A stretch of 57,295 nt of DNA, counting the filler, from Sanchytrium tribonematis (Eukaryota), in assembly GCA_018985235.1 (NCBI GenBank). It is 5 parts of 5 records of this genome, joined end to end, with 100 filler letters (N's around TTAATTAATTAA, not from the genome) between each part and the next. Parts side by side here need not be neighbours in the genome. Positions count along the whole stretch, not along the records: positions 34,518 to 45,863 come from JADGIG010000263.1; positions 45,964 to 57,295 come from JADGIG010000264.1; 3 more parts are not named here. One strand, written 5' to 3'. Shown in pieces: positions 44,112-55,400 of the stretch. Positions within the stretch are counted from its first letter, which is position 1. Each line of letters opens with the position of its first letter. The position numbers and the translations under genes were made by a program. The notes beneath the pieces are model-generated. The model was not told the origin of the DNA. It worked only from the letters and a program-made list of their open reading frames with translations, and made no database searches.

Positions 44112-44804
44112 ATGTTTGTTTATTTCACTTTATTATTTGGATTTGTCAAATATTTGAATGTGATTATTTATAATCCAGATAGAAAGCATCGCATTAAATT
44201 ATTAGATCAAACACCCGATAGAAGCATTTTTGATAAATCATGGGATTGTTCAAGTGAGGGAACTTATTCATATCCTGATTTGTTCAGTGGTGAATGGCTG
44301 GATGCCACACATGAACCAGAAAAATGTGAATCAAGCATGGAAACCTATTATATGATTAGATTCATTGAAAAATATGTTAAAGCGCCAGGGTACAAAATTG
44401 AAATTGGAGGAAGAGAACTACAATTCCCTCTTGAGAATGATACTAAAGAAATCATGATAAATTTAAACTGGTCAGCATATTCCAAATTGGATGTGATGAT
44501 TACTGATGAAAAATCAATTAATTTCATTAAATTACAAGATCAATCACCCGATTCGCCCGTTGAAGACAAAAAATGGAAGTGTTTGAGTATGGGATATTCA
44601 TATGAGCAATATAAATCGTATTCAACTTATGGCATCCTTAAAGTATTGGGATGTGATGGAAACATGGATATCAACAGTGTGATTAAATTTATTCAGGGAT
44701 ATAGTCAAGCAGCAAAATATAAAATTGAAATTGGAGGGAAATTGACTAGATTCACTTATCAGAGTAATGTTAAACAGATGATGAAGGATTTGAATAATGA
44801 ATAA
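44112..44804 (+). CDS. Secreted WxC-family protein with tandem duplicated domain
   Basis: Two IKLxDQxPD..DKxWxC...YKIEIGG units. Confidence 0.75.
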   Translation: MFVYFTLLFGFVKYLNVIIYNPDRKHRIKLLDQTPDRSIFDKSWDCSSEGTYSYPDLFSGEWLDATHEPEKCESSMETYYMIRFIEKYVKAPGYKIEIGGRELQFPLENDTKEIMINLNWSAYSKLDVMITDEKSINFIKLQDQSPDSPVEDKKWKCLSMGYSYEQYKSYSTYGILKVLGCDGNMDINSVIKFIQGYSQAAKYKIEIGGKLTRFTYQSNVKQMMKDLNNE

Positions 44805-44898
44805 ATGACATTTGAGATTGACTATTTTTGTATCTCCTTGTGATTTAAAATGGCGAATCAAATTGGATTTAAATGAACACCAAATTCCCCCTTAAAAC

Positions 44899-45615
44899 AT
44901 GATGATGATTTGGTTTTCTATTGTAATGGCATTGGCAGATATTACTGTCGAAACTAATGATTATCGCCAAATTTCATGTCAAGATGAATTTGCAGAAAGA
45001 AAAGTAAAAATCGGTAATAAAATGTGGAAATGTTTAGGGATTAACTTAGACACTAAAAAAGCAGTTAGAAGTGAAAATAATTTGAATGAAATTCTTGAGA
45101 TGATTAAAGACTATGAATCAGTTTTGAAATTGGTTCGAATTAATATCAACAATATGAATTTGAATTTAGAAGCACCATTTGATTCAAAATTGTTTCTCAT
45201 TGCATTGAAATATGGAAATGGTGAATTTAATAATGATTTTCACTTGAGTATACAAAATGTAAATAAGACAGAAACTGTAAATTATGTAGATTTGACAACT
45301 CGAAAGTTAAACATTGAAAAGAAACGATTTCAAGCGGGTGTCAATTTGGGAAAGTATCAAAAAAAGGGCAAAAGACCTAGAGGTAAAAAGAATAGTATTG
45401 GTTTCAAATCATTAGCCGTAGTCGTCTCGGAGTTTCTTAATGATTGTCAAACAAATTCACATCAATGCAAAGTATTTGTCAATGGACAAGTCATTTCATC
45501 ATTGACAACTGTTGCTTATAAATTTTATCTTTTTAAAAAATTGTTTAGTAGTCAAGACATCGAGCAAGCATTTCAAAAAGCCAAACCTGACATGAAAGAT
45601 AAAAAGACGCAATAA
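44899..45615 (+). CDS. Secreted WxC-family protein with basic NLS-like patch
   Basis: MMMIWFSIVMA; CQDEF..GNKMWKC; KKGKRPRGKK. Confidence 0.65.
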   Translation: MMMIWFSIVMALADITVETNDYRQISCQDEFAERKVKIGNKMWKCLGINLDTKKAVRSENNLNEILEMIKDYESVLKLVRININNMNLNLEAPFDSKLFLIALKYGNGEFNNDFHLSIQNVNKTETVNYVDLTTRKLNIEKKRFQAGVNLGKYQKKGKRPRGKKNSIGFKSLAVVVSEFLNDCQTNSHQCKVFVNGQVISSLTTVAYKFYLFKKLFSSQDIEQAFQKAKPDMKDKKTQ

Positions 45616-45863
45616 AATTCAATTTATTTCACTTAATTCCATTTTAGAATCATTTAAAGTGGGAAAATGTAATGAATTCATATCCACATCACAAAATTTA
45701 GTTTTAATATCCTTGTAAAAATCAACTAAAATCAACATTCGTAAGGAATAAAAAAAGATTCTTAAATGTGCTTCAATTAATTGATATTTTTGATTGGTAG
45801 AATACAATATATTGAGTATTAATGAGATGCATACAATGCAAATTAATAGGGAAAAGAATAAAA

Positions 45864-45963
45864 NNNNNNNNNNNNNNNNNNNNNNNNNNNNNNNNNNNNN
45901 NNNNNNNTTAATTAATTAANNNNNNNNNNNNNNNNNNNNNNNNNNNNNNNNNNNNNNNNNNNN
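45864..45963. other. Artificial contig linker
   Basis: N44-TTAATTAATTAA-N44. Confidence 0.99.
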
Positions 45964-46434
45964 TTATCAACCAGTTTGACGGGATATCTCTATTATAAAC
46001 ACAAATTAGAGTATCTACGGACTATATCTGTGTATTCTACATTCACGGCATTGTGTATTGGAATCATTGGATTATTTTATGAGGATTTATTATATAGATT
46101 ATTAATGGGATGTCAATTACTCATTTCTATAGCAATTGGGATTTATTTCATCATTCATAAAACCAATTCTCTAGTCAATGGGAGTATCGTGACTGACAAT
46201 ATGCAAGAATCTCATGTAGATGCAAATAAACAGCCATTAAGTGCAAAATCAATGAAAATTGATACGAAATTGAATAATGTGATGAATGATATTGCTGATT
46301 TTATTAAAGTAGAACAGATTTTTGAGAAGTCACCTGTCAAATCTCCATTAAAATCACCTTCTAGTGCGACTAATACGAATAAAGGAGAATTAAGAAGATC
46401 TATGAGGATTAAAAATCAATCGTTTACTCAATAA
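45964..46434 (+). CDS. Membrane protein, 5'-partial (two TM helices, SP-rich basic tail)
   Basis: Open from contig start; SPVKSPLKSP, LRRSMRIK. Confidence 0.55.
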   Translation, partial: LSTSLTGYLYYKHKLEYLRTISVYSTFTALCIGIIGLFYEDLLYRLLMGCQLLISIAIGIYFIIHKTNSLVNGSIVTDNMQESHVDANKQPLSAKSMKIDTKLNNVMNDIADFIKVEQIFEKSPVKSPLKSPSSATNTNKGELRRSMRIKNQSFTQ

Positions 46435-46445
46435 ATTGATTTTAT

Positions 46446-46657
46446 TTATTCCAAATATTGCTTATCCACTAGTGCTTTATTAATTTCAGTTCTGAGATGA
46501 TTAATTTTGTGTTGAAGTACTTCTTGCACCCTCACTATTTCATTTACAAGTTGTAGAATAGCCTTTAATTCATTTTGACTGGTTTGTTCGTTCACTTTTG
46601 ATATTACAAATAATAATCGATAGATTAATTGGATACATTGTATTGGTTGGTCATTTA
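46446..46657 (-). pseudogene. 3' fragment of a host gene cut by the Gypsy LTR
   Basis: 69-codon open frame NDQPIQC...DKQYLE* ending GAA TAA A, starting at the LTR edge. Confidence 0.5.
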
Positions 46658-49010
46658 TGTAGATTTTAGTGACAAGAATGAGCTAAAGGTAAGGTATTTA
46701 TTAATATCGAGTCTCCTTAAATAGATGGTGCAAGTAATTGCGTGTCACCATCTCTCCAATAAACAATTCTATCATTCCAATCAATTGTGTCGACGTAATT
46801 AACGACATTATCGTCGTCGTTAATGTCATCCATGACATCCTGCCCCTCAGTGGAATCTTCATAGTATGGCATAATTCTTCGAATATTCACAGATTCCACT
46901 TCTCCATTTTCTTTTTCAATTTTAAACACATTTCGACTTTTCAATTCAATAATTTTATAAGGTCCCAACCATGACTTAGAGAATTTGGTCTTTTTAACTG
47001 GATTTTTTAATAAAACCAAATTTCCAACATTGTAATTGTGATCAATTCTGTTTGCATTTTCTCGATTTAAATTGTACAATTTTAATTTCTCATTATCAAC
47101 GTTTCTCTTAGTTATTGGCAAAGAGGGTAAAACCATATCCATTCCAAACACTGCATTTCCTGGCGTGGTGCCTATACTTGAATGGTAACTAGATCTCATA
47201 ATCCAACTAATGGCTGGTAAATGTAGATGCCAATTAGTCAAACCCTTTGTCCTTAAATGTTCATTTACAACTCCATGACTTCTTTCACAAATTGAGTTGC
47301 ATTGGGGATTGTAGCTTGTGGTGTACATGTGGGTTATCCCAAAACTTTCTAACAATTCTTCAAATTCATTTCCTAAAAAGTTGGTACCTTGATCTGTGAG
47401 GACAAACTGCGGGCGAGGGAATTTGCAAATCCAATTTTGATCAAACACTTTAGCAACAGTTTTCCCAGTAGTCTCTTTAAGCGCGATGAGTTCTACTAGT
47501 CTACTTTTAATGTCTATAATGCTCAAAATATACTTGTATTCATTTCCATCTGCATCTTCAATGTCTTCTTCTGTCAAATCTTTATCACTGATAATTGGAC
47601 CAATGATATCACAAGCAACTACTTGGAAATTGCCGATATTTTTATCAATTTCCCCTAATTCTAGTTTCCCATATTTCTTTTTGTTCATCTTAAACACTTG
47701 ACAAGTGTGGCACAATCTCACAAAACTCTTTACATCATCTTGTAATCTATTCCAATGCACATAATTACTAATTGTATTGTACATCCTTTGATATCCGGGA
47801 TGGCCGAATTCATTGTGGGTCCATTCAAGAATCTTGTTTTGCATTACTTTTGGAATAATCATTTTGTAGCTATCTTTCTTGCACAATACTTCGAAACCTT
47901 CAATATCCCTTAGTGTAATGGATTTTGTGCGTAGATACTCTGCATCTCTCAAAAGAAGTGGTGCAAGTTCTGGATCATTGTGTTGTGATTGTTTTATTTC
48001 TTTTGGGGACAATGGAAATAAATCAACAGAAAGCACAGTTGGTGTAATTTGTGCAAAATTCAATCTTGATAAATAGTCTGCGACCATATTGCTAGCACCG
48101 GGAAAGTGGTAGACAATGGGTTGGAAATCACAAATTTCTAAATAATATCTTTGCAACTTGTGACTTGCAGAATTCTCCAAGTACGACAAGTTAAGTGAGT
48201 CAGTAAATATAAATAATTCACATCCAAACAACAGTTTTCGCAAATGCTGCAACACTGAAATCATGGCTAATGCTTCCTTGTGGACTACTGTGTATCTAAT
48301 TTGTGTTGCTGTAAACTTTCTACTATAAAAATAAATTGGACATGGTCCATCTGGATATTTGTATTGCACAATGACGGCGCCTATGCCATAGTCAGAGGCA
48401 TCACAATAAATGTAAAACGGAGATTCAAAATCTGGGTAATACAACAGTGTTTTCTTAATCAAAATATTCTTTACAACAGTTAAACGCTTCTCATGTTCTT
48501 CCTTCCAATCAAATTTGATTCCTTTTTTTGTTAATGCGGACAGTGGTGCTAGTAATGAAGCACAATTTGGAATAAAACGTTGAAAAAAATTGATACTGCC
48601 CAATATACTTCTTAATTCTTTTACACAAGTTGGTGGTGGTAGCATCATCAGAACTGAAATCTTCTCTGGGTTGGCTTTAATGCCTTCTGCTGTCAAGATA
48701 AATCCAAGGTACTTCAATGAATTTGTTGCAAATTGGCTTTTCTTAAAATTGATTCGAACATTGTGAGCAAATAAAATATCCATCACTGTCTTCAAATGCT
48801 TTAAATGTTGTTCAGCAGATTCGGACAGAATCAAAATATCATCCAAGTAAATCAACACAAAGTCTAAATGTCCAATACAGATTGTATCCTTTGGGACAAA
48901 AGACAAAAATTTCCCCTTGCAGATTTCAACATTTGCATCATGATAAGAATGATAGAGATGATCTGTTTCCCACGTGCGTAATAAATTTATTTTTTGCAAC
49001 ATCTTTCACA

Positions 49011-51090
49011 ATGGAACCCAATTCAACTGATATTCTACCTCAAACAGATGAATTGAGTGTCTTTCTACCACCAAATCAACAAATGCTTCAACAGGCACAA
49101 CATAAAGGATATACACGGCTTGAAATTGAAGATTTTATGAAGAATTTATTTGATACCAAATTGACAGAGATGACATTCAAATCGCACGAAGTACCACGTA
49201 AAAAGGGTGGAACATATTTGTATTTAGTGGGCCATTGTAGGGGATTCACTATAATTCCAAGTCAGGAAAATAACAAATGCACCAAAAGATATTGCAAAAT
49301 GGAAATGAGGGCAACACGCAGTCCAGATAACCATTTATTTTATTTTAATTTAAAGGATTTTCAGAATAATGATCTTTTCCATAATCATTCTTTTTCAAAT
49401 TATTCTGTCATTTTCAAAAAGAAAACACTCCAAGCAGACTATCCACAAGTCCTCAAATTTATTGTTGATTCAAAATCTGCTTATTTAACTGTAAAACCCA
49501 TTTCACGCATGATCAATTTGACATTCAATATTGTTTGTTCTAGGAATTTAATAAACAATATTAAAGCAGACTACTACAATTTGGAAGAGTTACTTGTTGC
49601 AAGTCATGAAGTAATTGATTATGAGATGGTTTACACAAATAATGGACCAAATGAGCAGAATATTCAAAACCTGAAATTTCTATTTATTTACTTTAAAAAG
49701 GCATCAGATACTATCAATATTCCATCCCCGGTAGTATTTGATTCTAATTTCAACATTACTGGGATATCCGGATTAAAACTTATTATTTTTAGTGCCAAAA
49801 ATAACATGGGCAAGGCGGTTAATTTAGCAGTGGTTTACATCTATTCTGAGAATATGGACTACATCAAAGATGTTCTAGACATGTTCATTCAATATTATCC
49901 CCATCCCATCGTGTCATTCATGACAGATAGGGACAGTGCATATCTTGCCACTTTAAAAACGCATTTCCCCCATATCCCTCATATGTACTGCATTTGGCAT
50001 ATCATGCAGAATATTCGTATCCAGTGGACATCTATTAGCCAAATACATCGTGAAAGGATTGCCAATTACATCCAATCCATTGCAAATATCAGAATGCAAG
50101 AAGTACTTTCAATTCATTTAGAATGCCCAACAAACCATTGAATATTTAGCAAAGTATATCAATAAACACAATCTACAATCCGTGCAGCAGTGCGTGATTA
50201 ATCTAATCCAGAATAAGGAGAAATGGGCATTTTCATTCTACGCCAATCACATTGCCACATTGGGAATTAAAAGCAGCCAGATTGGCGAATCCATGAATGC
50301 ACTAGTTAAAGCATTAACAGATAGAAGATGTGGACTAGTCAGATCAATTAAAGTCGCATTATTGATCTCAAATGAACAACTTACCCAATTTGACCAAAAA
50401 CTTGCTGAATTACGGCATTTTTATGGGATTGAGGATATTCTATCCCCATATGCTAGCAGATTATTTGATGAGCAATATGACATGGTTAGAAAGTGTCATA
50501 TTGACATGTTTGATTTGTTCGATAATAATAATGTAGTGATTGGGCATAAATTTAATGTCACATACACCAATAGCCTGCGAAATCATATGACAGTCTATCG
50601 TAAGTATCACAGAGTCATGCAGGACTCAGAATGGTGTCATTTGGATGAATCACAAGGCAATCAAGACATCCAAGAAACATTTGTTGTAAAATATACAAAT
50701 GGCTACTTAGAATGCCAATGCAAGCATCAACTAGTATTCCACATGCCTTGCAAACACATATTAGCTGTATACGGAGAGCATTTTGACTCCAAAACACGCC
50801 AATTAATCCCAAATATATGGTATTTCCAAAAATCCTCTTTAGAGACATCCTTGATCATTAGAAACAATCCAGTGGTTCAAGAGGATGTGCTAATAGCAGA
50901 GGATGCCTCCAAAGCTGTTGATTTGGATGTAAAGAAGGTGTATGATCCTGTAGCAACACGAAAGACACTCATCAAGTACGGATACGAATTGAAAGGATTT
51001 TTGGATCGACACAATGTATGTCATTTGGATTTGGAGCGTACATTCAGTGATTTCATGGTGATAATGCATAGACGACACGGCAATAAATGA
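49011..51090 (+). CDS. MULE transposase with SWIM zinc finger, 2 exons, 686 aa
   Basis: FAR1-like C..C..HNH region, FDSNFN, FMTDRD, CIWH, ESMN, CQC...PCKH; intron 50103-50121. Confidence 0.88.
50103..50121 (+). other. 19-nt intron GTACTTTCAATTCATTTAG in transposase
   Basis: Joins the 48882 and 50182 ORFs exactly in frame; fits host consensus. Confidence 0.88.
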
Positions 51091-52484
51091 CTTTGAGTGG
51101 GCATTGACTGGGGGTGTTTTGAGGAGAAACTTGTAATTTTTGTTTTAAAATGCTTAAATATTTTTTATAGCTTTCAAATAAATAGATTAAGAGTTGATAT
51201 TAATGCAAATAGCTTCAAATAAAAATGTTCTATAATGTAGAATGTATTACAAGTAATTGTGTTGGGAATGTTATGCAATGATTTCCATGTTGCACAATTG
51301 ATGTTCAATTTTGTTGTTGAATACTCAAAACTCTCACAAATGTGTCGATCTGAGTAATATTTATGTCAAAATATACCTACTTTTAACTTAATTTAGCTCA
51401 AATACATATTAATATTATCAATTGGCATTTCCTGTGATAAATTGCAACACCCTGCGCAAAGATACTTCATTGATATGGGGTTTTCATTATATTGATGTCA
51501 GAAACCTCAATAAAAGCTATTTAAAATTGTTAATCTGCCACATACAGTATGCTGAATGTTTATGGTATTGATTGGTAGCTAAATGGCAAGCATTTTGTTG
51601 TATAATTTCGAATTATAAGTAATCATTTATTATACACATATATTGTACATATTCATGTATCCAGCAGCATGGTTCTATTAGAAAACCTCGAGTTGATTTC
51701 CCTTTATCGATACGCCATAGAGCACAGACGCTTGCAAATTTTAATCAGTAAAACAGTAGCGTATCAAAAATGAACAAATAAAGATGAATGCTAGATTGTA
51801 GGAACAGACTTGCATATCTTTTCAGTTGTTGATTAGTAGACAGGAACAAAGCAGTGATCTTTGACTTGATCTTTGCATCGAGGGGTATCATCATGATCAA
51901 AATTGCGTAATTTTGATCTTATCTGCTTATCTAGATTTTTGTCTTTTGTCCCATGTAATACGACCCGTGTCCAATAAGACTCTGCATTATTTCCTGGAAT
52001 GCCTCCACTGAAGTGCACAATCCTTGGGGCATTCTTAAATATCTGTATGTCCCAAATGGTAATGTAATGTTTACAAATTTGGCAAATGATTCATCAATTC
52101 TGACTTGATTGTACCCTCCTGTGAGATCAATTGCTGTGAAAATCAGACATCTTGTAATTCTGTACAATAGTTCATTTATGGTAGGAATGTGAACTGATCT
52201 TCTAGCCAAAAATCGATTTAAATACTTGGCATTCATTAACAACCGTAGTTCTCCATTGGGTTTCACCGCAAAGAATCCTGGAACCGTGTGGGATGCTCCA
52301 CTAACTTCTTTCAACATTCCTTCTTTTATCATCTTTTTGATCTTCTTCTTCGCTTTCTTCATAAGTTTAATAGGAATCCCATACGGTTTCACAATTCTCT
52401 TTGGGACTTCCCGAATCAATTCATTTGTAAAAATGAAACGCCTGGAGACCAATTCTCTAAATAACAGCAATAAAAAGCGTTTTA

Positions 52485-55400
52485 CCTTACAGAAAACAGA
52501 AGAATTAAAGTATCAAAGTATCAAACAAGCATTCACAAGTTCCCCTTTACCCAAATCAGTTTATACCATTATTTATTTACATGGATTCCATGATAAATTA
52601 GAGGATTCATATGAATCAATGCCAATTAATCGAGTATGGCACTTGAGATTCAAAGAGTATTATGGGAATAATCAGACGCCAAAGATTACAGGCAATGTTA
52701 TCAAGAGTATCAATTCAATTAAAGATAGTAAAGATCCGAAAAAAATCATTTACGAATTGATGATTGACTCTAAATTCCTCACAATTTTTAGATGATGACT
52801 CATTTCATAAGCCAAAAGACGTCAAATTACAATGGATTTCACCAAAGAGATATTTAGAGAGATTAAATATTGAATTTCACAAGGCATCCAACAATCCACC
52901 ATTAAAACAAATGATTAATGTGCAGATTGTTTCCATCCGCACCCACTATTTAACAGAATCCACCCAATCAATTGCATCATCCATTAATAATTATGTGGCA
53001 GAAAAATCACGTCAATTTATTGGAAATGAAATTAACAAATATGAAAATGAAATTCAACTAGCAACTCAAATCAAATTAACTGCAGTAGAAATGGCAAAAT
53101 ATGAATCAATGGATACCAGACAAGAATCCAAATCACCAATTGTGGTACATCAATATTTTAAATGTTTATGTGAAACATTCCAATTATTTTATCCATCAAT
53201 GAATATTGGAACTATTTACATGAATTTCTATGTCAAGGGAGTTAAAGAGGCTGTTGATAAGATTATTGAGAACGCAAATGAGAATATCAAAGTTTTAACA
53301 AAGGATGAAACAGCATTTATTTTGAATGATTTGATGGAAGAATTGAATGAGGCAAATCAAGCAGATCAAATGGTGGATGCAGCACAGCCAGTACCTCTAC
53401 CAGTTCCACATGCATTACAACAAGAAGCAACAGATGCAAATATGGCAGATGTTGCAAATCATAATATCGAATTTGATTTAATTTTGGATGGGGAATCAAG
53501 AAAAGTCACCAGTGCCCCCAAATTGATCCAAGATGTGTGTCCAGTAGAACCCAAGTACGTATATCAAAATGGGGAGGATATCAGAGATTTACAAGTACCA
53601 GTTGAGAATATGGCAAAATTATTGATTATCCGTAAACATGTGCCAACAACAAGATGTGTTCTAATGGATCAGGGTGCAGAATCAGTATTCCATTTAACAA
53701 ATGATGTCAAGGCAGAGCATGTCATTTCAAATAAACAAGTGGATATGATGCAAAATGGAGAAATAGCGTTGACCATTAATAATCAACAATATAGTCGATT
53801 AACTGACATTCCAAATGTCCCAATCACAACAATGTCAGTAAATTATATTCAGGAGTATCCCAAATCTTTTATTGATCAATTTATTCCAAATTGGAAATTT
53901 CCATTCAAAATACCAAATATGTCCTTTCAAGTCTGGATATTGATATGCTGGTATTATTTCATGATTATTATACTTGCAAATGGGATGATATTTCCATTGA
54001 AATACCATCCACAGACATTGAATTTGAAAATTGCTTCTTGGAATTGCAATGGAGATGTGGACAATATTTTACCACTAGCACGCGCATTTATGATTAACAA
54101 CCACCAGGACATCATGTTTCTTTCAGAAACTAATTATGATGGCAATAAATTCAAAAATAGATTACATGGAGTAAAAGCCATTTCTAGTGTTGAATATGAT
54201 AGAAATGAGCATCCACATTATGGAATGATGCTTTTAGTACTAGACAATGAACTAGCAAAGGAAATAAGCATCATGCATCTATCACCAACAAGAATATCTA
54301 TTTTAATTGACGGATATGCAATTCATGGGATTTACAGAAAACATCGGCAAAATATAGAGCAGCTGATTAGTGAATTACTGGAGATAGAAACAGAGCACCA
54401 TATTATAGTAGGTGACATAAATCACAATTTAATAAATCCTAGGACAGCAAATGACAGATTGGCAGTAGAAATTTTATTAGAATGGAATTTACAAGTTATT
54501 GCTAAAGACCGGAATATCACACGACATCCACGAGTGGCAACACATCAACCAAGTGATATAGATCACATCATTGTTTCTTGTCAATTAGCAGATTTGATTC
54601 AACAAGGAACTGTGCATTTAGTGGGACCAGAATTCTCAGATCACGATATCATATCATTTGAGTGCATATTACCAAGATTTAATCAAATATTGAAAGGTGC
54701 AAGATACAGAATTAATAAATTTGAGGATGTTGATAAGCAAACACAATATGCGGATAAATTGAAAGAGAAGTTGCTTGAAAGTGACATTGTTGACAAATTA
54801 AATAGTGTAGACTCGATGAATTCATTCAGTCAGGCTGTTAAATTGACTCATCACTGCATTAAAGTATCACTAAATGAGACAGTTGGAAAATCTAGTCCAA
54901 AATTGTTAAATTCGTTGAATTTGCCAAATTTGTTGCAGACTAGAGAATTAAATACCATTGTGATAAAATGGATAAGATTGCCAGCTACCATGACTATTTA
55001 AAGACACTCCCTCCACCAAAACAGCTGCAATTTGTAAAAGCAAAAACTGCAATATTTAACAGACAGATTACGCATAATTTGGATGTGAGAAATATAAATG
55101 AGTACAACAGGCGTATATGTGATCCGATGACTAGCCATCCCAATATATCCAGAGAAGAAATTGATCTCGCATTTTCTCAGTCTCAAGGAGATATTCATTT
55201 AATTGATTCTTCTACATTTATTGATATTATTAAGCATCTTCCCAAGCGTAAATGTCATGGAATCAAAGATATTCCTAATGAAAGCATCATTTATGGTGGC
55301 ACATTTCTTCATGAACAACTCCTTAAAATTTTACAAATTATGATTAATACTGGATATGTACCCACTCAAATGGGAATTTCCACATTAATTCCAATTCCCA

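Larger units (their letters stand above)
48878..51967 (+). mobile_element. Mutator/MULE DNA transposon, 3090 bp, 9-bp TSD TGTCCAATA
   Basis: TSD at 48869-48877 and 51968-51976; imperfect ~33-bp TIRs sharing TGGGACAAAAGACAAAAAT. Confidence 0.92.
46658..52480 (-). mobile_element. 5'-truncated Ty3/Gypsy element (RT-RH-INT + probable 3' LTR 46658-46837), interrupted by a MULE
   Basis: RT FQEIMQSLIGH|LDFVLIYLDD split by the MULE; CDAS RNase H; HHCC, TDQG, ERSH, GPY integrase; PPT GAGGGGCAGGA then TGTCA...CTACA; right boundary approximate. Confidence 0.88.

Noticed and set aside
11440..45963. Four TTAATTAATTAA palindromes in N runs at regular ~11.4-kb spacing
   Set aside because: Artificial six-frame-stop linkers between length-sorted contigs; not a biological repeat, and cross-linker gene neighbourhoods are not real
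41369..48898. TGGGACA shared by the Gypsy LTR end and the MULE TIR
   Set aside because: Seven-base match between unrelated elements with independent TSDs; chance
302..55198. Many short antisense or overlapping ORFs in the track (e.g. 302-487, 952-1248, 17479-17781, 52226-52480 part)
   Set aside because: Shadows of real genes on the opposite strand or frame, with no motifs
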